In this document: positions 55,286 to 64,000 of the stretch, piece after piece
Position numbering within the stretch: the first letter of the stretch is position 1
Layout of the letters: the number at the start of each line of letters is the position of its first letter
Source: an uncultured Eubacteriales bacterium
GTDB taxonomy: Bacteria; Bacillota; Clostridia; Oscillospirales; CAG-272
NCBI GenBank assembly: GCA_934378145.1
Contig: CAKXXW010000003.1
Span: 13,512-77,511 of the forward strand
Reading direction: 5' to 3'
Length of the DNA: 64,000 nt
The notes under the pieces: generated by a model
The model's input: the letters and a program-made list of their open reading frames with translations, nothing else
Databases searched by the model: none
Told to the model about the DNA's origin: nothing
Position numbers and translations under genes: made by a program

Positions 55286-56590
55286 TTGAACAACGGTGAA
55301 AACAACAATCCGGAAAAGCCCCGCGGGAGCTTCTTCGGGAAGATAAAGAAAAAGATAAAGTCGGGGATCTCACGCTACGAGGAAAAGCGGGCGAGGAAGG
55401 ATATAATCTTCACCGAGACGATCACTCCCCAGCCCGTGGCGAAGGCTCCGACCATGGTATGCGGGTCGATAGACTATCAGTTCCTTCTGACAGTCCTTGC
55501 GCTGATAGTTTTCGGCGCGGTGATGTCATTTTCGGCGAGCTACGCCTTCGCCGAATACAGGTATGACGACAGCACATACTTCATAAAGAGGTACATACTT
55601 TTCGCGGTGATAAGCATAATAGGCACGGCGGTTTTCGTTATAATAGGCAACCCGAGATTCTGGAGGATCTTCGGCGCCGGCTCGTATGCGGTCTCGATAG
55701 TCCTTCTTCTCGTCGTTCTTGTCGTCGGAAGCACGGGAGGCGGCGCACAGCGCTGGATCTCCTTCGGCTTCTTCACGGTACAGCCTTCCGAGATCGCGAA
55801 GATGGCGGTCGTCATGATGCTCGCCCTCTATATGTCCTTCTACGAAAAAGAGATAAAATCGGTCCATGTCTTCGGCGGGAGCTTCAAGAAGGGCGTTCTC
55901 GTCCCGGGAGCCATAGTCGGACTCATATGCGGACTCGTTATGTTCGAGCGCCATATCTCCGGCGTCATAATCATCGGACTCATCGGACTTGCCGTTATGT
56001 ACCTCGGAGGGACTCACAAAAAGTGGATATTACTCATCCTCGGGATACTTGCGGCGGCGGCGCTTCTGCTGATACTTGTTTCGTCATATGCGCAGGATCG
56101 CGTCACGAGCTGGCTTAAGATAGCCTTCAGCCCCGAGACGGTAGATACGCACGGAGATGCGTGGCAGACCCTTCACGGGCTTGATGCGATAGGTTCGGGC
56201 GGACTCTTCGGCAGGGGACTCGGCAACAGCCTTCTGAAAGAGGGCTATGTTTCCCAGCCGCAGAACGACTTCATCTTCACGATCATCTGTGAGGAGCTGG
56301 GCTTTGTCGGCGCGGCAATGCTCATGGGACTTTTCGGATTCCTCGTTTACCGCGGATTCAGGATAGCCTCGCGCTGTCCCGACAAATACCTGAGCCTTGT
56401 GGCATACGGACTCTCGTTCAAGGTCGCGCTTCAGGTCATCCTCAATGTCGCGGTCGTCACGAACTCTATCCCGAACACGGGCGTTGCGCTTCCGTTTTTC
56501 AGCTCGGGAGGCTCGTCTCTCGCCGTGCAGATATTCGAGATGGGAGTCATCCTCTCTATCTCGAGATTCTCGGCGGAGAAGAAGGCGTAA
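55286..56590 (+). CDS. ftsW: SEDS-family peptidoglycan polymerase (FtsW/SpoVE)
   Basis: Polytopic. QPSEIAK, DFIFTIICEELGF, and PFFSSGGSS motifs. TTG start at 55286. Confidence 0.88.
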   Translation: MNNGENNNPEKPRGSFFGKIKKKIKSGISRYEEKRARKDIIFTETITPQPVAKAPTMVCGSIDYQFLLTVLALIVFGAVMSFSASYAFAEYRYDDSTYFIKRYILFAVISIIGTAVFVIIGNPRFWRIFGAGSYAVSIVLLLVVLVVGSTGGGAQRWISFGFFTVQPSEIAKMAVVMMLALYMSFYEKEIKSVHVFGGSFKKGVLVPGAIVGLICGLVMFERHISGVIIIGLIGLAVMYLGGTHKKWILLILGILAAAALLLILVSSYAQDRVTSWLKIAFSPETVDTHGDAWQTLHGLDAIGSGGLFGRGLGNSLLKEGYVSQPQNDFIFTIICEELGFVGAAMLMGLFGFLVYRGFRIASRCPDKYLSLVAYGLSFKVALQVILNVAVVTNSIPNTGVALPFFSSGGSSLAVQIFEMGVILSISRFSAEKKA

Positions 56591-56631
56591 GGACAGTAAA
56601 AATCTATTTCGGAAAGGACGGTTCGCAAAAT

Positions 56632-57765
56632 ATGAGATTTCTGCTTGCGGGCGGCGGCACGGGAGGTCACATAAACCCCGCGCTCGCCATAGCCGATATA
56701 ATAAAGAATAATTTTCCCGATCCCGAGATAGCCTTTGTCGGCACGAAGAAGGGAATGGAGAACCTTCTCGTCGGCAGGGAGGGCTATCCGATATATCACA
56801 TAGAGGCGAGGGGCTTTCAGCGCTCGCTGAGTCCGAGAAACATCGCGGCGGCGTGGTATTATGTGACCTCTCCGATGAAGGCGAAGAAACTGATGAAGGA
56901 ATTCCGCCCCGACATCGTGATAGGTACGGGCGGCTATGTCTGCTATCCTCCGCTGAAGGCTGCCGCAGACCTCGGCATACCGACCCTCGTCCACGAGTCG
57001 AACGCGACCCCGGGACTTGCGGTCAGGCTGCTCCAGCACAAGGTCGACCGGATACTCTTCAACTTCCCGGGAAGCGCCGAACTGCTTGACGAAAAGGACA
57101 AATGTGCCGTCGTCGGCAATCCCGTCCGCGGGAGCTTCGGAAGTTACAGCCGCGAATCGGCGAGGAAGGCGCTCGGGATAGACGATAAATACAGGCTCGT
57201 TCTGCTCTCCTACGGCGGGAGCCGCGGTGCGCCGGCGATAAACGATGCTGCGATACGGATAATGAAGGAATATACCTCGCAGCACCCCGAGGTGCTTCAT
57301 ATCCACGCGACGGGAAAAGAGAATTTTGCCGAGACGAAGCGGGCGTTTGACGCCGCGGGACTCGGGAAATATAAAAACATCGAATTCTGCGATTACCTTT
57401 ACGATATGCCGAAGAAGCTCTCCGCCGCCGACCTTGTCATCTCGCGCGCGGGAGCCATGACCGTGACCGAGATGGCGCGGCTCGCAAAGCCCTGCATCAT
57501 GATACCGTCGCCCCATGTTGCCGACGATCATCAGTATAAGAACGCAAAACTGCTCGAGGATGCCGGAGCGGTCAGGATAATCAGGGAGGACAAGGCGACT
57601 CTTAAGGTCGAGGACAGGATAGTCGGCGAAGTCTCGGAACTTCTTTCCGATCCCGCGGCGAGGCAGGGACTGAGCCGGAATATCGCCGCCTTCGCGGGTA
57701 AGGATGCCGGTGTGCTGATCCTGCGCGAGATAGAGAGCCTGCTTAAAAAATATGAAAAAAAGTAA
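56632..57765 (+). CDS. murG: UDP-N-acetylglucosamine--N-acetylmuramyl-(pentapeptide)-pyrophosphoryl-undecaprenol GlcNAc transferase
   Basis: GGGTGGHINPALAIA N-terminus, SRAGAMTVTE, and HQYKNA. Confidence 0.92.
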   Translation: MRFLLAGGGTGGHINPALAIADIIKNNFPDPEIAFVGTKKGMENLLVGREGYPIYHIEARGFQRSLSPRNIAAAWYYVTSPMKAKKLMKEFRPDIVIGTGGYVCYPPLKAAADLGIPTLVHESNATPGLAVRLLQHKVDRILFNFPGSAELLDEKDKCAVVGNPVRGSFGSYSRESARKALGIDDKYRLVLLSYGGSRGAPAINDAAIRIMKEYTSQHPEVLHIHATGKENFAETKRAFDAAGLGKYKNIEFCDYLYDMPKKLSAADLVISRAGAMTVTEMARLAKPCIMIPSPHVADDHQYKNAKLLEDAGAVRIIREDKATLKVEDRIVGEVSELLSDPAARQGLSRNIAAFAGKDAGVLILREIESLLKKYEKK

Positions 57766-58606
57766 ACCCGTTGCGGAAAATACGCCGCCCGTGCGCGGAA
57801 AAAAGCCCCCCCGTGTGAAAAAAAGCCCCGCTCCGAGGCGCTCACGCCCTCAACTCAAGGCAGGAAGCCTGAAGGTAATAGTCATTCTTGCCGCGGTGAT
57901 TTTCCTTATGATTGCGGGAATAATTGCCGTAAATATCGTCTCGTTCGTCCGGGGCGGCGTGATACTTGTCGGCGGAGAGTCACCCTACACCGATGAGGAG
58001 ATAATCCGCGCGACGGGGATAAACAGCCGGCTGCTCCTCTTTGCCGACACGGAAAAGGCGGAAAAAACGCTTCTTGAATCAAAGCCCTATATACGCGAGG
58101 CGAGGATAGAAAAGCTCCTCTGCTTCGCCGTCATCTCGGTGAAGGCGGACAAGCCCGCGTACTTTATAGTCAACGACGGCGAGAGCTTCATCCTGTCGGA
58201 GGATATGAGGGTCATCGACTGCCTGTCCTCTGTCGCCGAGGCGCGCGAAACGGGTGCCGTAAGGCTCGAGCTTCCCGACCTTGCCGTGCTTAAGGTCGGC
58301 TATCCCGTCGAATATGACGCCGACGGCAAGAACACCTATGTCGCGAAGATGCTTGAGCTTATAAAGTCGAAGGATTATGCGCCCTATGTGACCGAGATAG
58401 GTCTCGCGGGGAAGTACGACGATGTTTATATAACTTTTTACGGCAAGTGCCGGATATTCCTCGGAAGCATCAACGATTTCGAGGAGAAGATGAGGATCGC
58501 CGAGACGCTTCTTGAGGACAACCGCGACAGCATATACAGTTGTGCGGTCATAAATGTCTCGGTCCCCGACCGCCCGACCTTCAGACCGGTGGATTCGCTT
58601 GACTGA
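57752..58606 (+). CDS. ftsQ: Cell division protein FtsQ/DivIB (POTRA domain)
   Basis: Basic N-terminus, single TM (VIVILAAVIFLMIAGIIAVNIV), and a POTRA-like segment. Located between murG and ftsZ. Confidence 0.7.
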   Translation: MKKSKPVAENTPPVRGKKPPRVKKSPAPRRSRPQLKAGSLKVIVILAAVIFLMIAGIIAVNIVSFVRGGVILVGGESPYTDEEIIRATGINSRLLLFADTEKAEKTLLESKPYIREARIEKLLCFAVISVKADKPAYFIVNDGESFILSEDMRVIDCLSSVAEARETGAVRLELPDLAVLKVGYPVEYDADGKNTYVAKMLELIKSKDYAPYVTEIGLAGKYDDVYITFYGKCRIFLGSINDFEEKMRIAETLLEDNRDSIYSCAVINVSVPDRPTFRPVDSLD

Positions 58607-58700
58607 ACGAAAAACGGCGTAATATGGCATACAGCCTTCCCGAAGTCAGGAAAGGTGTAAAAAATCTTTGCGAAAATCCCGGAAAATTTCATAAAAGGGC

Positions 58701-58729
58701 TTGCAAAAAACGGAAAAAAATATTATTAT
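58701..58729 (+). promoter_or_regulatory. Possible ftsZ-proximal promoter
   Basis: TTGCAA (58701-58706), 17-nt spacer, TATTAT (58724-58729), within the 207-bp ftsQ-ftsZ gap. Confidence 0.35.
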
Positions 58730-58813
58730 ATATAGTGTATATGACTCGTGCCGTCTATTGTGCCGGGATGATGATATAAATATCAGGATAAATAAATTCG
58801 GGAGGACTCAGAC

Positions 58814-59980
58814 ATGACGTTTGAACACGACGATACTCTTGAAAGCGGTGTAAGTATAAGAGTTATCGGTGTCGGCGGCGGCGGAAACAACGCCGTCAAC
58901 AGAATGATTTCCACAAATATCCGCGGGGTCGACTTTATTGCGATCAACACCGACCGCCAGGCGATCCGCAGATCGGATGCCCCGACACAGCTCGTTATCG
59001 GTGAGAAGATCACGAAGGGCTTCGGTGCCGGCGCGAATCCCGCCATCGGCGCCAGAGCCGCGGAGGAATCCATCGAGGATATCAAGCAGGCACTTACCGG
59101 TGCCGATATGGTCTTCGTTACCGCAGGTATGGGAGGCGGAACGGGAACGGGTGCAGCACCCGTCGTTGCCCGTGTTGCAAAGGAAATGGGTATTCTTACC
59201 GTCGGTATCGTGACAAAGCCCTTCGCATTCGAGGGCAAGCGCAGAATGGATCAGGCTATGGAGGGTATCTCCGAGCTCAGCCAGTATGTCGACTCGCTCG
59301 TTATAATTCCGAACGAAAGACTGAAGCAGGTGTCCGATACAAGGATCACCCTTGCCAATGCCTTCGAGATAGCCGACGATGTTCTCCGCCGCGGTGTGCA
59401 GAGCATCTCGGAGCTTATCAATGTTCCTTCGTTCATCAACCTCGACTTTGCCGATGTGACCTCGGTCATGGCGGATGCCGGATACGCCCACATGGGTGTC
59501 GGCTCTGCAAACGGCAAGGACAAGGCGGAGCAGGCGGCGAAGGCTGCCATCTCCAGCCCGCTGCTTGAGACCACGATGAGCGGCGCTACGGGTATCCTTA
59601 TCAGCATCACGGCGTCGAGCGATGTCGGACTTGAGGATATAGACCTTGCCTCGACCCTTATCGCGAACGAGGCATCGCCCGAGGCGAATGTCATCTGGGG
59701 CGTTGCGTTTGACAACGACCTTGACGATGAGATGCGCATAACCATCATCGCGACCGGCTTCAACAAAAAGCCCGAAGATGACAAGCGCACGGTCACGGTG
59801 ACGGCGGAGCAGAATATTCCGAAGGCAACGGAGACTCCCGCCCCCGTACAGCAGGCGGCAAGACCCGAACCCGCCCCCGCACCGAAGGCTCCCGAAAGAC
59901 CGAGAGCGACCTCCGGCAAGGGAAGCGATATATCCGAGAGCGACTTCGAGGATATTATGAGCATCTTCAAAAAGAAATAA
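58814..59980 (+). CDS. ftsZ: Cell division GTPase FtsZ
   Basis: [15 protein letters not shown], the tubulin signature [11 protein letters not shown], and a disordered P/A-rich linker plus a conserved C-terminal peptide ([12 protein letters not shown]). Confidence 0.95.
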   Translation: MTFEHDDTLESGVSIRVIGVGGGGNNAVNRMISTNIRGVDFIAINTDRQAIRRSDAPTQLVIGEKITKGFGAGANPAIGARAAEESIEDIKQALTGADMVFVTAGMGGGTGTGAAPVVARVAKEMGILTVGIVTKPFAFEGKRRMDQAMEGISELSQYVDSLVIIPNERLKQVSDTRITLANAFEIADDVLRRGVQSISELINVPSFINLDFADVTSVMADAGYAHMGVGSANGKDKAEQAAKAAISSPLLETTMSGATGILISITASSDVGLEDIDLASTLIANEASPEANVIWGVAFDNDLDDEMRITIIATGFNKKPEDDKRTVTVTAEQNIPKATETPAPVQQAARPEPAPAPKAPERPRATSGKGSDISESDFEDIMSIFKKK

Positions 59981-60048
59981 CAGATAAGAGAGAAAAGAGG
60001 GTTGACGGATTTTATCGCCGACCCTCTGTTTTTTAAGGGGAAAAAGCT

Positions 60049-60948
60049 ATGAAAGAGATACTTGAAAGACTTAAGGACGGAAGTGTCAAGGATGTCATCC
60101 TTGATACCGACTGCTACAACGAGATAGACGACCAGTTCGCGCTGGCGTACCTTATGAGATCGCCCGACAGGGTGAACCTGCTCTCGATAAATGCCGCGCC
60201 CTTCCTCAACAAGCGCGCGACCTCGGCGGGCGACGGGATGGAGAAGAGCTACAATGAGATATTCCGTATTATCAAGCTCGTCGATAAGAATGCCGACATT
60301 CCCGTGTACCGCGGCTCGCGCGAATTTATGACCGACAGGAATGTTCCCGTGGAGTCCGAGGCTGCCGACAACATCATAAATACCGTTATGAATTCCGAGA
60401 AGACCGTTTACATAGTTGCGATAGGCGCTATCACGAATGTTGCATCGGCTATCGTGAAATGCCCCGAGATATGCAAAAAGGCTGTTCTTATCTGGCTCGG
60501 AGGTCATGCGCTCCATTGGCAGGACACGAAGGAATTCAACCTGCGTCAGGATATTCCGGGCGCGCAGGTGGTCTTCGACTGCGGGATCCCGCTCGTTCAG
60601 ATACCCTGCGCCGGTGTCTGCACCGAGTTTATCACGACTGTCCCCGAGCTTAAATATTACCTCGGCGGCAAGAACGGGCTTTGCGACTATCTTGTCGACA
60701 TCGTGAGCAACTTCTCGTCGAAGCCCTATGGCTGGTCAAAGGTCGTATGGGATGTCACTGCGGCGGCGGTGCTTATAAAGCCCGAAGCGCTCGATTTCGT
60801 GATAATTCCCGCGCCGGTGGTCACTCCGGATTGCCGCTACGCCTTCGACCCCGCAAGACACCACTATATTTATGTCAGAAGGATAAAGCGTGACCCGATA
60901 TATGCCGATCTTTTCACGAAGCTCGCTGCGGTCGACGGAGGAAAATGA
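60049..60948 (+). CDS. Nucleoside hydrolase (IUNH family)
   Basis: N-terminal Ca-binding Asp cluster ILDTDCYNEIDDQFALAYL and the later GAITN. Confidence 0.75.
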   Translation: MKEILERLKDGSVKDVILDTDCYNEIDDQFALAYLMRSPDRVNLLSINAAPFLNKRATSAGDGMEKSYNEIFRIIKLVDKNADIPVYRGSREFMTDRNVPVESEAADNIINTVMNSEKTVYIVAIGAITNVASAIVKCPEICKKAVLIWLGGHALHWQDTKEFNLRQDIPGAQVVFDCGIPLVQIPCAGVCTEFITTVPELKYYLGGKNGLCDYLVDIVSNFSSKPYGWSKVVWDVTAAAVLIKPEALDFVIIPAPVVTPDCRYAFDPARHHYIYVRRIKRDPIYADLFTKLAAVDGGK

Positions 60949-62825
60949 TGAAGCTGAATATAAAGGGACTTGAAGAGAAGCAGAAACTCGCGCTTGCCGA
61001 GCTTGCGGATCAGCTCGGATTCGGGCTTTGCGGCGACGGGACAGAGGTCACGGTAAGTCATTCCGATTCGGTTTCGGTAACAAAAAAAGGTGACGGATAC
61101 TTTGTCACCTACACCCGTGAATGCGAGCTTTTCCGCGCCCTTTCGGAGCTTGCCGGAGTCATTTCGGGCGGAGAAGGGAAGAGCTACACCGGAAATTTCG
61201 GAATGCTCTGCTATATGGCTGATATGTCGCGCAATGCCGTCTACAATATGGCATCGGCGAAGAGGATGATAAGATACCTTGCGCTGATGGGCTACGATTC
61301 TCTTATGCTCTATACCGAGGATACCTACGAGCTTCGCGACTATCCCTACTTCGGGCATATGCGCGGGCGTTTCTCGGAGGAGGAGCTGCGCGAAATAGAT
61401 GATTATGCCGACCTTTTCGGCATTGAGGTCATCCCGTGCATACAGACGCTCGCTCACCTTGCGACGGCTCTCCGCTGGAGCGCTATGGGAAAGCTCCGCG
61501 ACACAGGAGACATCCTGCTCGTCGGAAGCGAGGACACCTATACTTTCATTGACGCCTGTCTTAAGACCTGCAAGCGTGTTTTCAGGAGCGGCAGGATAAA
61601 CATAGGTATGGATGAGGCACATTCGCTCGGACTCGGCAGGTACCTCGGAAAGAACGGTTACAGACCGGCGACCGAGATAATGCTCGAACACCTTGACAGG
61701 GTCGTGAAGCTCTGCCACGATAACGGCTACAGTCCTATGATGTGGAGCGATATGTTCTTCCGTATGGCGTTCGGTGGGGCGTATCGCGTACGCGAGGGCG
61801 AGATATCCCCGGATGTCATCGCAAAGGTCCCCGACGGGCTTACGCTGGTTTATTGGGATTACTACTCGATGGACGAGCAGATATTCTCGCATATGGTGGA
61901 CTGCCACCTCAAATTCAAAAATCCCGTAGTGTTCGCCGGCGGCGCGTGGAAGTGGTCGGGCTTTGCCCCGCACAACCGCCTGTCGCTGAGGTCTACCGAG
62001 ATGCAGCTCGATGTCTGCGAAAGGTACGGGCTTGACAATGTCATCGTGACCGGCTGGGGCGATGACGGCGGCGAGGCTTCACAGTTCTCGATCCTGCCGA
62101 CGATGCTCTACTTCGCCGAGAGAGCCTACATGAAGGGTCATCCCGACGGCGCGACGCTTGAGAAGAGAAGCCGCGAATGCTTCGGCATCGGGTATGAAGA
62201 GCTTCTTACATTCGACGCGCCGAACGAGCTGACGGGTATTACCGCGGCTCTCGGAAGCCCGAAGAATCCCTGCCGTTATCTGCTCTACAATGACCCGCTC
62301 GAGGGACTCTTTGACCTTCATATGGACAGGGAAAGGGTCAGCGAGGACTTTATGAAGAGCGCACAGAGGTTGCTCCTTCTCGGAGATGACGAGAACTTCG
62401 GATATGCCTTCACGACGCTCGGCGAGCTTTGCCTGCTGCTTTCGTATAAGGCGACGCTGGGGCTTGACCTGCGCGATGCCTACCGTGATGGCGACAGGGT
62501 AGGACTTGCCTACATCGCGCAGTCAAGGATCCCCGATATTGTCGAACAGCTCGATGTCTTTATCGAAGCGTTCAGGACTCAGTGGTACTTTGAAAACAGG
62601 ACCTTCGGATTCTCTGTCGAGGAGCTGAGGCTCGGCGGACTTAAGGAGAGGCTCCTTTCGACCGCATCGCGCGTTCAGGGCTATCTTGACGGCGAATACG
62701 AGAGGATAGAAGAGCTTGAACAGCCGCTTCTGAGCTTTGACGGAAAGACCGCGGAGCAGCTCGCAGAGATGCCCTATGTCTGCCATCAGAACTGGAAGAC
62801 GAATTCAAGCGTCGGGGTCTTCTGA
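60945..62825 (+). CDS. Glycoside hydrolase family 20 beta-N-acetylhexosaminidase-like protein
   Basis: MADMSRNAV, TEDTYE, and NIGMDEAH (the catalytic D-E pair context of GH20), followed by WSDMFF. Confidence 0.65.
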   Translation: MMKLNIKGLEEKQKLALAELADQLGFGLCGDGTEVTVSHSDSVSVTKKGDGYFVTYTRECELFRALSELAGVISGGEGKSYTGNFGMLCYMADMSRNAVYNMASAKRMIRYLALMGYDSLMLYTEDTYELRDYPYFGHMRGRFSEEELREIDDYADLFGIEVIPCIQTLAHLATALRWSAMGKLRDTGDILLVGSEDTYTFIDACLKTCKRVFRSGRINIGMDEAHSLGLGRYLGKNGYRPATEIMLEHLDRVVKLCHDNGYSPMMWSDMFFRMAFGGAYRVREGEISPDVIAKVPDGLTLVYWDYYSMDEQIFSHMVDCHLKFKNPVVFAGGAWKWSGFAPHNRLSLRSTEMQLDVCERYGLDNVIVTGWGDDGGEASQFSILPTMLYFAERAYMKGHPDGATLEKRSRECFGIGYEELLTFDAPNELTGITAALGSPKNPCRYLLYNDPLEGLFDLHMDRERVSEDFMKSAQRLLLLGDDENFGYAFTTLGELCLLLSYKATLGLDLRDAYRDGDRVGLAYIAQSRIPDIVEQLDVFIEAFRTQWYFENRTFGFSVEELRLGGLKERLLSTASRVQGYLDGEYERIEELEQPLLSFDGKTAEQLAEMPYVCHQNWKTNSSVGVF

Positions 62826-64000
62826 GGCTTTTTCACCGTTTTTAACGAATATTATCTTACCGCCGTCGGCGACAGCAGATACACTGTCTCCGGCGGCGAA
62901 TTCCTTTTTCAGGAGCGCCAGAGAGAAGGCATCGCCGACAAGGCGCGTGACCGACCTCCGGAGGGGGCGTGCGCCGTAATCGGGGTCGTAGCCGTCGTCA
63001 ACGACAAGGCGACCGACGCTTTCGTCAAAGGTGAGGTCGATGCCGTATGCCTTTGCGCGTGCGGCAAGTTCGGCGAGCATCGTGCCGGCGATCGTGTAAA
63101 GGTCGTCCTTTGTCAGCGGGCGGAATATCACGGTGTCGTCTATGCGGTTCAGAAATTCGGGTGGGAAGGCGTTTTTGAGCGAGGAAAGGATCCTTTCCTC
63201 GTCTGCGCGGCTGTCGTCCCTCTTTTCAAAGCCGAGAGTCTTCGCAAAGCGGCGGTCGCTCCCGAGATTTGAGGTCATTATGATGACCGTGTTCCGGAAA
63301 TCGGTGACTCTGCCCTGCGAGTCGGTCAGCCTTCCGCCGTCGAGTATCTGGAGCAGGATGTTGAAGATGTCGGGATGAGCCTTCTCTATCTCGTCAAAGA
63401 GGACGAGGGAGTAGGGATTGCGCCTGACCTTTTCGGTGAGAAGTCCGCCCTCGGCATATCCGACATATCCGGGGGGCGAGCCGATGAGCTTCGATACGCT
63501 GTGCTTTTCCATATATTCCGACATATCGAGCCGTATCATAGCCTTTTTGCTGCCGAATACTGTCTCGGCGAGGGCTTCCGAGAGGGCGGTCTTGCCGACT
63601 CCCGTGGGACCGAGGAAGATGAAGGAGCCCACCGGACGGTCGGGGTCGGAAAGTCCCGTCCTTCCGCGCCTTATTGCCCGTGCTACCCGCTCAGTGGCGT
63701 CGGGCTGACCGATAACGAGTTTTCCGAGCTTTTCTTCAAGGTTAAGAAGCCCCTCGTTTTCGTCCTCTGTCATCCTTCCGACGGGGATGCCCGTTATCTG
63801 TGCGACCGTTTCGGCGATGTCGGCGGGGCTGACCTCACAGGGTCTTGCGTCGTCCGAACCCGCCCATTCGCGCCTTGCCTTCTCGTATTCGCCGCGGAGG
63901 ATTATCTCGCGGTCGCGCAGGCTCGCGGCAAGCTCAAAGTCCTGATGCGTTATGGCTTCATCCTTCTCGTGCGAGAGCCTTGTCAGCTCGTCGGAGGTCT
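62805..64000 (-). CDS. clpC: ATP-dependent Clp protease ATP-binding subunit ClpC, C-terminal part; the 5' end lies beyond the right edge
   Basis: AAA-2 module (GPTGVGKTALSEALAE, VLFDEIEKAH, TSNLG, and the sensor-2 region). My own translation upstream of 63773 continues in frame through a UVR-like segment (EKDEAITHQDFELAASLRDRE) to the window end. Confidence 0.88.
   Translation of the reverse strand, partial: TSDELTRLSHEKDEAITHQDFELAASLRDREIILRGEYEKARREWAGSDDARPCEVSPADIAETVAQITGIPVGRMTEDENEGLLNLEEKLGKLVIGQPDATERVARAIRRGRTGLSDPDRPVGSFIFLGPTGVGKTALSEALAETVFGSKKAMIRLDMSEYMEKHSVSKLIGSPPGYVGYAEGGLLTEKVRRNPYSLVLFDEIEKAHPDIFNILLQILDGGRLTDSQGRVTDFRNTVIIMTSNLGSDRRFAKTLGFEKRDDSRADEERILSSLKNAFPPEFLNRIDDTVIFRPLTKDDLYTIAGTMLAELAARAKAYGIDLTFDESVGRLVVDDGYDPDYGARPLRRSVTRLVGDAFSLALLKKEFAAGDSVSAVADGGKIIFVKNGEKASEDPDA

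Overview
This 64-kb window is a chromosomal core region from a spore-forming Clostridia-type Firmicute. Hand counts give about 55-58% G+C in housekeeping genes. I saw no rRNA, tRNA, CRISPR array, transposase or phage genes.

Gene content, left to right:
- ylbJ (partial), then a yqfC-yqfD-phoH-ybeY-era-recO-mutS2-HAD block and prs.
- A T-box-controlled mazG-like/pheS/yitT/pheT operon.
- An MBL hydrolase-gltX-glnS-DUF1294 run, and gpr.
- Two orphan ABC substrate-binding lipoproteins.
- araD and an Fe-alcohol dehydrogenase gene, a large secreted protein, and pncB.
- T-box-controlled thrS, mgsA and glyA.
- radC, a DUF1846 gene, mreB and pepD.
- A dcw cluster: mraZ-rsmH-ftsL-PBP-murE-murF-mraY-ftsW-murG-ftsQ-ftsZ.
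- A nucleoside hydrolase, a GH20 hexosaminidase and clpC (partial).

Two accessory patches stand out:
1. An AT-rich islet between glyA and radC (about 33.7-35.96 kb). It holds a ~420-bp nested inverted-repeat element and a 451-aa protein that fuses a type IV prepilin N-terminus to a beta-helix adhesin-like domain. Upstream of that gene, a perfect consensus promoter is flanked by 17-bp perfect (29-bp imperfect) inverted repeats. The promoter currently points away from the gene and into a terminator. I read this as a candidate invertible phase-variation switch caught in the OFF orientation.
2. Two tandem paralogous beta-helix surface proteins (41.1-46.0 kb). They share a nearly identical C-terminal tail, EEGGCNGCGG followed by a hydrophobic helix and KRK. 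The tail looks like an uncharacterised tripartite sorting or anchoring signal.

All functional calls come from reading the translated ORFs by eye. No database search was run.
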